Below are positions 1 to 6,625 of a DNA stretch of 14,581 bases, piece after piece (position 1 is the stretch's first letter; each line of letters begins with the position of its first letter). The notes beneath the pieces were generated by a model. The model saw nothing but the letters and a program-made list of their open reading frames with translations. It did no database searches and was not told the origin of the DNA. The position numbers were made by a program, and so were the translations under genes. Source of the DNA: Minisyncoccota bacterium (GTDB lineage Bacteria > Patescibacteriota > Minisyncoccia > Phycocordibacterales > VMEP01). Location of the stretch: assembly GCA_041659085.1 (NCBI GenBank), contig JBAZYZ010000014.1, positions 836-15,416 of the forward strand, read 5' to 3'.

Positions 1-204
1 TTTGGGGGCGTCTCCCCCCGCCATGCGGCGAATGTTGCCGCTAACCAGAACAACGTCGTTCCCGATACGCATGAACTGGGGGTTCCATCCGAGGGATATG
101 CTCCATTTCCCGTGAATAAACCTCCACTCTCCGCGCACTTCGTCAAAAACAAGCGCGGGGGCCTCTTTTTGGGCTGGCATAGCGGCCGTCGTTTCTGTTC
201 CCAT
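1..204 (-). CDS. hypothetical protein, N-terminal part only; the ORF continues past the window start
   Basis: ATG at 204..202 with GAGGAG 6-7 nt upstream (reverse complement of 205-216). Open frame to position 1, translating MGTETTAAMPAQKEAPALVFDEVRGEWRFIHGKWSISLGWNPQFMRIGNDVVLVSGNIRRMAGGDAPK. No recognisable family. Local GC is higher than the window average. Confidence 0.35.
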   Translation of the reverse strand, partial: MGTETTAAMPAQKEAPALVFDEVRGEWRFIHGKWSISLGWNPQFMRIGNDVVLVSGNIRRMAGGDAPK

Positions 205-321
205 TTGATTCTCCTCGTTTATTGATGTTTTGTTGAACCGCCTACTGCTTCCTGGTAACCGCAAACAACATGCTAACTGCACTACAGAACTCCTCTCACA
301 TACTATCAATCCAGAATTTTT

Positions 322-349
322 TTGCAAAAGGCGGCTTTTACTGTATAAT
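322..349 (+). promoter_or_regulatory. sigma70-like promoter: TTGCAA, 16-nt spacer, TATAAT
   Basis: -35 TTGCAA (322-327) and perfect -10 TATAAT (344-349), with TG immediately 5' of the -10. The ATG at 367 lies about 17 nt downstream with no SD, so the leader is very short. Confidence 0.45.
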
Positions 350-366
350 CAAACGCATAATTTATT

Positions 367-837
367 ATGGCATTAGACGCAAACACCATCATTATCGTCC
401 TGCTTGGAATTATAGTTCTTTTGATTGGTTGGATTATATATTTTGAGGTTCGTTTAAGTAAGCTGCTCCGCGGGAAAGACGCCAATACTCTTGAGGACAG
501 CTGGAACAACATTTTGGCTGAATTAAAGGATGTCCAAAACGCCAGGCGTGAAATTGAAACATATTTACGAAGCGTAGAACAAAGACTTAAGCGTTCTATT
601 CAGGGGGTGGAGACGATCCGCTTCAATCCGTTCAAAGACCTAAACATGGGCTCCAATCAGAGCTTCTCAACCGCTTTCTTGGACGAGGACGGCAATGGTG
701 TGGTAGTTTCAAGCTTGTATTCCAGGGACCGTGTTAGCGTATATTCAAAGCCGCTTAAAAAGCATGCTTCCGAATACGGTTTGACGGAGGAGGAGAAAGA
801 AGCTGTGGCTAAGGCAAGACCGGGCAGAATAGCATAA
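367..837 (+). CDS. DUF4446-family small membrane-anchored protein
   Basis: 156 aa with an N-terminal TM helix (IIIVLLGIIVLLIGWIIYF). Core RFNPFKDLNMGSNQSFSTAFLDEDGNGVVVSSLYSRDRVSVYSKPL...LTEEEKEAV matches the conserved block of DUF4446 proteins as I recall it (R.NAF.D.G...SFS.A.LD..NNGVV.TS.Y.R..S..YAKP...LSEEE). Confidence 0.7.
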   Translation: MALDANTIIIVLLGIIVLLIGWIIYFEVRLSKLLRGKDANTLEDSWNNILAELKDVQNARREIETYLRSVEQRLKRSIQGVETIRFNPFKDLNMGSNQSFSTAFLDEDGNGVVVSSLYSRDRVSVYSKPLKKHASEYGLTEEEKEAVAKARPGRIA

Positions 838-875
838 CCATATGCGAATCGAGCTCCATATACAAAAAATTAAAC

Positions 876-2393
876 ATGGCGGAACAAAAACACAATATAA
901 CAGTGGAGCGTCCGCCCGTGATAGTAATCACCGGGCATATTGACCATGGTAAATCATCCCTGCTTGATTATATACGGAAAACCAACGTTGTCGCAGGAGA
1001 AAAGGGCGGAATCACCCAACACACTTCCGCTTACGAAGTAACGCACAAAAACGAAAACGGGGTTTCAAAAAAAATCACCTTCCTGGACACTCCGGGCCAC
1101 GAAGCGTTTTCTAAAATGCGCGCCCGCGGGGTTTCAGCCGCAGACATCGCCATTCTTGTTGTTTCCGCGGAAGACAGCGTCAAAGCGCAGACTATTGAAG
1201 CCCTGAAAACAATACAAGCCGACGGGCTGCCTTTCATTGTCGCCATAAACAAAATAGACAAGCCGGCGGCTAACATAGAGAAAGTAAAAATGGATTTGGC
1301 GGAAAACGGGGTCTATGTGGAAGGATTTGGAGGCAACACCTCGTGCGTTCCGATTTCGGCGAAAACAGGTCAGGGGGTTCCGGAACTTTTGGACACGATT
1401 CTTTTGGTCGCGGAAATGGAAGAGTTAAAGGGCGCCCCGGATGCTCCTGCTGAAGGATTTATCATAGAATCTAACGTGGATAAGCAACGCGGTATTTCCG
1501 CGACTCTTCTCATAAAAAATGGCACCCTCAAAAACGGAATGTTCGTGGTGGCTGAAGATGCTGTTGTCCCGGCGCGGCTCATAGAAAATTTCATGGGACA
1601 AAGTGTCAAAGAAGCCTGTTTCTCTTCCCCCGTCACAATAACCGGATGGAGCAAACTTCCAAACGTCGGAGCCCGCTTCGCCGTTTATGAAAAAAAGAAA
1701 GACGCCGAGACGGCAATTTCATCCTCAAAAGAATCGGCTCAATCTATCAAACATAAAAAACTCGCAGAGGAGCAGCCCGCCGAAGGAACCATAATAATCC
1801 CGCTTATCATCAAAGCCGATGTCGCCGGCACGCTTGAGGCTATTGAAAACGAAATTGGCAAAATTAAAAAAGAAGGAATTGCTGCCAGGGTTGTGCAACG
1901 CGGATGCGGCGCAATAACCGAAACCGACGTTAAGCTCGCAAGCGGGATGGATGGCGCTATTATAATAGGATTTAACGTCAAGGCTGAAAAATCGGCGCTT
2001 GAACTTGCTTCCACATTAAACGTCCGCATCAATTGTTTTGACATAATTTATAAAATAACGGAATGGCTGGAAGAGGAAGTGGAAAAACAGCGACCCCGAG
2101 TCACGGCGGAAGAAACAACGGGTTCCGCCAAGATAATGAGGTGTTTCAGCAAGACGAAAGATAAGCAAGTTGTCGGTGGAAAAGTGACCAAAGGTTCAAT
2201 CCTTTCAAACTCCAACTTAAAAATTATGCGCCGCGATTTTGAAATTGGCCGCGGTAAAATAGTGGAACTGCAACAAAGCAAGGCTAAAGCAAGAGAAGTC
2301 GGAGAAGGTCTTGAGTTCGGCGTTTCCATTGAAACACGGACTGAAATAGCGCCGGGAGACATGATAGAAGCTTATGTGGATGTCACGAAATAA
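876..2393 (+). CDS. infB: translation initiation factor IF-2, minimal form lacking the N-terminal extension
   Basis: G-domain motifs are present: GHIDHGKSSLLD (G1), GGITQH, DTPGHEAF (G3), NKIDK (G4). Domain order through the C-terminal beta-barrel matches IF-2. An in-frame stop lies just upstream of the ATG, so 505 aa is the full protein. rbfA follows immediately. Confidence 0.9.
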   Translation: MAEQKHNITVERPPVIVITGHIDHGKSSLLDYIRKTNVVAGEKGGITQHTSAYEVTHKNENGVSKKITFLDTPGHEAFSKMRARGVSAADIAILVVSAEDSVKAQTIEALKTIQADGLPFIVAINKIDKPAANIEKVKMDLAENGVYVEGFGGNTSCVPISAKTGQGVPELLDTILLVAEMEELKGAPDAPAEGFIIESNVDKQRGISATLLIKNGTLKNGMFVVAEDAVVPARLIENFMGQSVKEACFSSPVTITGWSKLPNVGARFAVYEKKKDAETAISSSKESAQSIKHKKLAEEQPAEGTIIIPLIIKADVAGTLEAIENEIGKIKKEGIAARVVQRGCGAITETDVKLASGMDGAIIIGFNVKAEKSALELASTLNVRINCFDIIYKITEWLEEEVEKQRPRVTAEETTGSAKIMRCFSKTKDKQVVGGKVTKGSILSNSNLKIMRRDFEIGRGKIVELQQSKAKAREVGEGLEFGVSIETRTEIAPGDMIEAYVDVTK

Positions 2394-2399
2394 GATTGT

Positions 2400-2732
2400 A
2401 TGGATATCAAAACAAACAGCCAGCGCCAGGAAAAAGTGACCGAACTTCTCCGAAACTTAACGGCGGAATTTTTGCAGCGCGAATCAGGCATTCAATCCCT
2501 GATTACCGTAACAAGCGCGAGTGTTTCCCCCGACCTGAAGCGCGCCACTGTGTACATAACAGTCCTTCCGGAAAACAAAGAAGACGCGGCGCTTGACTTC
2601 GCCAAAAGAAAAAGGAAAGAATTGAGGGAGTACGTTAAATCCAAAACAAAATTCCGCGTTCTTCCATTTCTGAACGTAGAATTGGACAAGGCGGAAAAAA
2701 TCCGGCAGAAGATTGATGGGCTATCAAGTTAG
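2400..2732 (+). CDS. rbfA: ribosome-binding factor A
   Basis: 110 aa directly downstream of infB, which is the canonical arrangement. KH-like RbfA pattern (LITVTSASVSPDLKRATVYITVL, C-terminal basic tail). Confidence 0.8.
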   Translation: MDIKTNSQRQEKVTELLRNLTAEFLQRESGIQSLITVTSASVSPDLKRATVYITVLPENKEDAALDFAKRKRKELREYVKSKTKFRVLPFLNVELDKAEKIRQKIDGLSS

Positions 2733-2736
2733 ATAA

Positions 2737-2809
2737 GGCGTAGTGGCCAAGTGGTAAGGCAAGGGACTGCAAATCCCTTATACGGCGGTTCGATTCCGCC
2801 CTACGCCTC
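2737..2809 (+). tRNA. tRNA-Cys (anticodon GCA)
   Basis: Acceptor stem GGCGTAG/CTACGCC is perfect. Anticodon stem AGGGA/TCCCT with loop CTGCAAA, T-arm GGCGG-TTCGATT-CCGCC, discriminator T. CCA is not fully encoded. Begins 5 nt after the rbfA stop. Confidence 0.85.
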
Positions 2810-2831
2810 AAGTGAATAAGTTTTCACTTTT

Positions 2832-2913
2832 GCCCGGGTGGCGGAACTGGTATACGCGCACGACTTAAAATCGTGTCTCGCAAGGGATGTGGGTTCGATT
2901 CCCACCCCGGGCA
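2832..2913 (+). tRNA. tRNA-Leu (anticodon TAA), long variable arm
   Basis: Acceptor GCCCGGG/CCCGGGC. Anticodon stem CACGA/TCGTG with loop CTTAAAA, long variable arm, T-arm GTGGG-TTCGATT-CCCAC, discriminator A. Confidence 0.85.
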
Positions 2914-2956
2914 CTAGTTTTGAGAATCGAATAAAGTTTGATAGATTTAGGAAGTT

Positions 2957-2994
2957 AAAAAATATCCGCCCATAGCTGTTTTGGTAGATATACA
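2957..2994 (+). pseudogene. degenerate partial copy of the tRNA-Lys 5' half (acceptor and D-arm only)
   Basis: AAAAAATATCCGCCCATAGCTGTTTTGGTAGATATACAG aligns at roughly 26/31 identity with AAAATAATATCCGCCCGTAGCTCAGTTGGTAGAGCAG of the intact tRNA-Lys 75 nt downstream, including the shared AT-rich leader. It has no anticodon arm, T-arm or 3' acceptor. Confidence 0.4.
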
Positions 2995-3040
2995 GTAAAG
3001 TAAATTTGAATAATAAAAAGGTAAAGTTTTAAAATAATAT

Positions 3041-3113
3041 CCGCCCGTAGCTCAGTTGGTAGAGCAGTTGCCTCTTAAGCAAATGGTCGTAGGTTCGATT
3101 CCTACCGGGCGGA
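3041..3113 (+). tRNA. tRNA-Lys (anticodon CTT)
   Basis: Acceptor CCGCCCG/CGGGCGG. D-arm GCTC-AGTTGGTA-GAGC. Anticodon loop CTCTTAA with one non-WC pair at 27-43. T-arm GTAGG-TTCGATT-CCTAC, discriminator A. Confidence 0.85.
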
Positions 3114-3124
3114 CAAGCGTTAAG

Positions 3125-3149
3125 AAAATTTCCCCTGCGGGAAATTTTT
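3125..3149 (+). terminator. intrinsic terminator-like hairpin plus T-run after tRNA-Lys
   Basis: Perfect 10-bp stem AAAATTTCCC/GGGAAATTTT with loop CTGC, followed by TTTTT. Confidence 0.45.
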
Positions 3150-3291
3150 AGCTTGTCCGAAGCGCAGCGATGTTTTTGTTTGAGCTTTGCTCAAGGCAAA
3201 AACCGCGAGCCGGGGTCGCGAAATTTTTCCGTCAGGAAAAATATTTGTGACGACAAGTGATACAATAATGCGTAGGGTGGTTTATTAATAC

Positions 3292-3373
3292 GGGCGAGTG
3301 GCGGAATTGGTATACGCGCGTGCCTTAGGAGCACGTTCCGAAAGGATTGGAGGTTCGAGTCCTCTCTCGCCCA
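3292..3373 (+). tRNA. tRNA-Leu (anticodon TAG), long variable arm
   Basis: Acceptor GGGCGAG/CTCGCCC. Anticodon stem CGTGC/GCACG with loop CTTAGGA, variable arm TTCCGAAAGGATT, T-arm GGAGG-TTCGAGT-CCTCT, discriminator A. The D region is nearly identical to the Leu-TAA gene. Confidence 0.85.
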
Positions 3374-3380
3374 CTATTAC

Positions 3381-3420
3381 TTTCTAAAGTTTCTAAAGTT
3401 TCCAAAGTGAGACTTTGGAA
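3381..3420. repeat. tandem 9-mer x3 (TTTCTAAAG, TTTCTAAAG, TTTCCAAAG) running into a 9-bp perfect hairpin
   Basis: Read directly: three 9-mer units at 3381-3407. TTCCAAAGT-gag-ACTTTGGAA hairpin at 3400-3420, followed by an A-run rather than a T-run. Confidence 0.6.
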
Positions 3421-3441
3421 AAAATAATGTTGTAAAATAAG

Positions 3442-3487
3442 GGTTAAAATTCAACCTAAAATCAAAATTTTGGGATGAATTTTAACC
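3442..3487. promoter_or_regulatory. 12-bp perfect inverted repeat (GGTTAAAATTCA ... TGAATTTTAACC) with a 22-nt spacer containing the 10-bp palindrome CAAAATTTTG; candidate operator or tRNA-cluster terminator
   Basis: The arms are exact reverse complements. The right arm ends 1 nt before the -35 of the downstream promoter, and a T-rich stretch (TTGACTTTTATCT) follows. Confidence 0.4.
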
Positions 3488-3516
3488 TTGACTTTTATCT
3501 CAAAACATGCTTAAAT
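3488..3516 (+). promoter_or_regulatory. candidate sigma70-like promoter: TTGACT, 17-nt spacer, TTAAAT
   Basis: -35 TTGACT at 3488-3493, 17-nt spacer, -10 TTAAAT at 3511-3516. Sits about 80 nt upstream of the 3595 ATG, which has an AAAGGAG SD. Confidence 0.4.
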
Positions 3517-3594
3517 TGAGACAGTTTTAGATTCGTCCCGGGTATGGAGAATCCTCTCTATCCCCGCCTGAAAATCTTAAAGGAGTAACTGGAA

Positions 3595-4770
3595 ATGGAA
3601 GCAATCTGGGAAAACATGCAAAGTATTCTCACGGTAATCGGCTATATCATCGGAGGAATAGTCGTGATTGCATCAATCTCTTTTGTCATTTTCTTGGGCG
3701 TTAAGATGGCGCCCATTCTTATCGACAAAAACCTCAAGCTAAGCAGAGTAAGAACTCTGTTCATATCGGGACCAATATTAACTATCGCGGGTTGGCCGAT
3801 ATTCCTCGTATTGATTCAGGTTTTATTCTGGATGACAAACTGGATAATCGGCAACTCTTACCTTGAGCACAATACCGTGACAATCGTTGCGGGATTATTC
3901 CTAAGCATTGCTTATTTTTACATCGGCGGGCTCGCCAAGGTAAAGAAAGCCAGTGTTGGGATGCCGGAAATTTTCGGCGCGCGCAGGGTTGGTTTCGTTC
4001 TGCCGGAGGGGTACTGTCATATTCCCCCGCGGCCGTTCATGAGCTACACAGAAACGCCAATAGAACTCATCACCACAAAACTGAACGAACCTATGGAGGT
4101 ATTAGTCGGCAAACAAATCAGCGCGGACCCCAACCAACCCCAGGCGGGACAAGTAATTCCTGATAACAAGCTTGTCTCAGAAGTGAAAATGAAAGTTGAC
4201 GCTTCTATAGCATGGCAGGCGGACCCCTTAAACCTTCTTGGGTACACAAGCGTTCAAGACGGCGCAAAGGGTGTTGAAAAAGCTCTGGTTGACATAATGC
4301 GCCGGGTCATTCGTGAAAAAGCGCAAGGGATGTCTGACTCTGAATTCCTGAAGGGGCAAAAAGATCTTGAAGAAGCCCTCAAAGCGGCGCTCGAAGCTCC
4401 ACTTAACGCCGAAGAAGAAGCCAAGAAAGCATCCAACGGAGACTGGCACAATCTAATCAGGCGACTGGGAATAACGGTAATCAAGATTCAGGTAACAAAA
4501 ATCGTTCCCGCGTCAGAGGAGATGATTACCAGGCTTGAAAGGATTCGCGGGGAACAACTTGACCAGGAGGCGGAAAAGAACCAGGTGCGTCATCTTATCG
4601 ACAACCTGGCTGGTCCCCTGATAAAAGAGCTCAACGTAAGTCCCGAAGCAGGTCTCCGTGCCGCGCTTGCCACCACTAAAGACGCGACAATGATCATAGT
4701 CGATGGCGCGGCAGGCGACTTCACGAAAGGGCAAGCTCTCGCCGCAAACAGTGGAAACCAAAGGAGGTAA
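3595..4770 (+). CDS. membrane-anchored SPFH/band-7 (stomatin/prohibitin/flotillin-like) domain protein
   Basis: About four N-terminal TM helices, then PEIFGARRVGFVLPEGYCHIPPRPFMSYTETPIELITTKL...VKMKVDASIAWQADP...WHNLIRRLGITVIKIQVTKIVP, which fits the Band_7 core pattern (G.hf.iP.i..v..vdlr / v.vda.v.yrv.dp / GieV..v.I.di.pp). A coiled-coil-like Glu/Lys/Ala-rich segment lies between. Good SD. Confidence 0.6.
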   Translation: MEAIWENMQSILTVIGYIIGGIVVIASISFVIFLGVKMAPILIDKNLKLSRVRTLFISGPILTIAGWPIFLVLIQVLFWMTNWIIGNSYLEHNTVTIVAGLFLSIAYFYIGGLAKVKKASVGMPEIFGARRVGFVLPEGYCHIPPRPFMSYTETPIELITTKLNEPMEVLVGKQISADPNQPQAGQVIPDNKLVSEVKMKVDASIAWQADPLNLLGYTSVQDGAKGVEKALVDIMRRVIREKAQGMSDSEFLKGQKDLEEALKAALEAPLNAEEEAKKASNGDWHNLIRRLGITVIKIQVTKIVPASEEMITRLERIRGEQLDQEAEKNQVRHLIDNLAGPLIKELNVSPEAGLRAALATTKDATMIIVDGAAGDFTKGQALAANSGNQRR

Positions 4771-4775
4771 CAATC

Positions 4776-5240
4776 ATGCTCCATCCTAACGTTGACAAAG
4801 GCATTTCAGCAACCTTCAAGTGGCTGGGTGTTTCAGCTTTAATCATCCTGGTCATCGGCGTGGGCGTAAGCGTCTACAAAAAAGTCAAACAAGACGCGCC
4901 TCCGCCTCCGCCTCCCCCCTCAGCAAGCGCTCTCATGGCAAGAGGTGGCATAGGACCGGAAATTAGAATGGTCCTGGCGCCAAGGGATGATTGGTCGGAC
5001 GGAGTTGATGCGACCGACAAGTCAAACAATATGTACCCGATTGGCGGAGGATGCTACAGGGTAAAGGTCAATGGAAAAGTGGCCACAAACGGCGCCGGGA
5101 AAGAAGAAATTTGCAACGGCGACGATGTTGCGGGCGGACAAAATACCGCCACTCGCCTCATTTTGAGATTCCAGTCTGCCGAAAAAGACAGGGACCTCAC
5201 GATGAAGGTGACCATGCATCGGAAGCCTCCCCGTGTGTAA
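4776..5240 (+). CDS. small membrane protein: one TM helix, poly-Pro linker (PPPPPPP), Cys-containing beta-rich C-terminal domain; co-operonic partner of the SPFH gene
   Basis: ATG lies 5 nt after the SPFH stop with a GGAGG SD 9 nt upstream. 154 aa with no recognisable family. Its position is analogous to NfeD partners of SPFH proteins (inference only). Confidence 0.5.
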   Translation: MLHPNVDKGISATFKWLGVSALIILVIGVGVSVYKKVKQDAPPPPPPPSASALMARGGIGPEIRMVLAPRDDWSDGVDATDKSNNMYPIGGGCYRVKVNGKVATNGAGKEEICNGDDVAGGQNTATRLILRFQSAEKDRDLTMKVTMHRKPPRV

Positions 5241-5282
5241 TCCGTTTTCAGGTGAGCGCAACGCTCAAATGCCAAACGGCAA

Positions 5283-5308
5283 AAGCCGCCCACAAGGCGG
5301 CTTTTTTC
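5283..5308. terminator. bidirectional intrinsic terminator between convergent genes
   Basis: Stem AAGCCGCC/GGCGGCTT with loop CACAA, followed by TTTTTT on the plus strand. The reverse complement also carries a downstream T-run. Confidence 0.6.
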
Positions 5309-5333
5309 TTGCCAAATTTTCCAAAACCCAAGT

Positions 5334-5585
5334 CTACGGATGAGTTACTGACACCTGTAGAGTACTCGCCAATATCTGAATAATCCCCCAGAAGCCGGTC
5401 ATAATAACAAGACCGACAAGCCCCCAGATAATATGCTGTTTGCCTTTTTCTCTTTCAGCTTCGCTGTTTTGGTAAAGGAAATATTCAATAACCCCGAAAG
5501 CGAAGTACGCAAGAGCCAGAACAAACATGAACCCGATAATCGGATTGAGCACGTACTGGTTAATTTTTAAGAGTAAGGCGTCCAC
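5334..5585 (-). CDS. small two-helix membrane protein, paralog A of a TrbC/VirB2-pilin-like family; no signal peptide, GTG start
   Basis: 83 aa. FMFVLALAYFAFGV...EREKGKQHIIWGLVGLVIMTGFWGI shares the helix-FxG-charged loop-W-helix core with the four upstream genes. Confidence 0.45.
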   Translation of the reverse strand: MDALLLKINQYVLNPIIGFMFVLALAYFAFGVIEYFLYQNSEAEREKGKQHIIWGLVGLVIMTGFWGIIQILASTLQVSVTHP

Positions 5586-5610
5586 GGTTCAGTGTGCCGA
5601 TAATTCCTCG

Positions 5611-5982
5611 CTAGAAAGTGCCGCCGGTAACAACACCGCCGGTGCCGATCGTAGCGTTAACGCCAGGAATAGGAGGACTGCCTCCGGTTCCCACACCAAG
5701 AGTGGTGGCAATGACCTTTACCAAGCCCCATACCGCAACCATCACGAAAAGAGCTATAACACCCCAAACCATGAGTCTGCGTCCTTCATCCGCTTTCTCG
5801 CCCGGACCGTTGAAAAGGTACATTGCGAGTCCCCAAAGGAAGAAGAGCAAAGCCAAGGCTACCACGATGACTGTGGCTATATTTATAATGGTGCCGACTT
5901 TCTGCAAGATATTCACGGCGTCCTGGGCCAATGCAAGCATCGGTAGGCCAAACGCTGCTATAATTGCTGCTGCTTTTTTCAT
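5611..5982 (-). CDS. secreted two-helix membrane protein, TrbC/VirB2-pilin-like (paralog B), Gly-rich C-terminal tail
   Basis: Signal peptide MKKAAAIIAAFGLPMLALA|QD. Core ALALLFFLWGLAMYLFNGPGEKADEGRRLMVWGVIALFVMVAVWGL is near-identical in pattern to paralog C. Tail GVGTGGSPPIPGVNATIGTGGVVTGGTF. Confidence 0.6.
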   Translation of the reverse strand: MKKAAAIIAAFGLPMLALAQDAVNILQKVGTIINIATVIVVALALLFFLWGLAMYLFNGPGEKADEGRRLMVWGVIALFVMVAVWGLVKVIATTLGVGTGGSPPIPGVNATIGTGGVVTGGTF

Positions 5983-6122
5983 ATTTTTTATAACTTGTCC
6001 CGTAGTGAGCCCTGCCCTGCTACTGGGATTACTTACTAATAATTTACTTCTTATACTTACAATTGTACTATATTTTGCCCAATTTGCCTGTTGATAATTA
6101 AATCAACTAAAATGGCCTAAAA

Positions 6123-6572
6123 TTAATTAGTCGGATTAAATGAACCTGGTAAATTAACACCTCCTGTATTGTAGGTGCTTCCCCCACTAGAGTTAAGCTG
6201 CGGCTGTCCGGAACTAAACCCAAACGTCCTCGAAATCACCCCGGCGAGCTGCATGGCGGCAACCATGACAAACAAAGCAATAATGCCCCATATCATAAAC
6301 TGCCGACCCTCATCCCGAGCCTTTTGGTCATCGGCTTTATAAAGAAACTTCGCCACCCCCCATAAAAACAGTAGGAGTGCCAGAGCGATGAGAAGGATAC
6401 TGAGTGTTTGAATCAGGCCTGAAGCGCAGGCAAACAAACCTATCAATCCGCTACTGCTGACGCTTGTACAAGATGAAGACTGGGCTAGAGCCAAAAATGG
6501 AGTAAGAGCCGCAACCGCAACCCCCGCCCTGAGAACCGTTAAATAATTTTGTTTTATCATTACTTTATTCAT
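6123..6572 (-). CDS. secreted two-helix membrane protein, TrbC/VirB2-pilin-like (paralog C)
   Basis: Signal peptide ...ALTPFLALA|QSS, two Cys before helix 1. Core ALALLLFLWGVAKFLYKADDQKARDEGRQFMIWGIIALFVMVAAMQL. Gly/Ser/Asn-rich tail. Confidence 0.6.
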   Translation of the reverse strand: MNKVMIKQNYLTVLRAGVAVAALTPFLALAQSSSCTSVSSSGLIGLFACASGLIQTLSILLIALALLLFLWGVAKFLYKADDQKARDEGRQFMIWGIIALFVMVAAMQLAGVISRTFGFSSGQPQLNSSGGSTYNTGGVNLPGSFNPTN

Positions 6573-6625
6573 TACCTGTTAAAATGGCTGTTGTTTGTTT
6601 GTCCTCCGCGTTCCGATAGATTAAA

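Noticed and set aside
1031-2362. Four minus-strand ORFs (81-104 aa) nested inside infB
   Set aside because: They lie antisense within a confidently identified conserved gene and have low-complexity Ser/Ala/Pro-rich translations, typical of shadow ORFs.
2396-2596. 66-aa plus-strand ORF overlapping rbfA in another frame
   Set aside because: Arg-rich translation, and the rbfA frame has clear family similarity and correct operon position.
3381-3407. Possible CRISPR or iteron array (9-mer x3)
   Set aside because: Units are far too short and have no spacers, and no cas genes are present. Retained only as a simple tandem repeat.
5527-6094. Plus-strand ORFs 5527-5946 and 5618-6094 (139 and 158 aa)
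   Set aside because: They overlap pilin-like gene B on the opposite strand. The translations are Pro/Thr/Ala-rich mirror images of the Gly-rich coding strand.
5983-6122. Internal promoter for pilin-like genes B and A in the 140-nt AT-rich gap
   Set aside because: Plausible from gap size and AT-richness, but no convincing -35/-10 pair could be read by eye. Mentioned only within the cluster finding.
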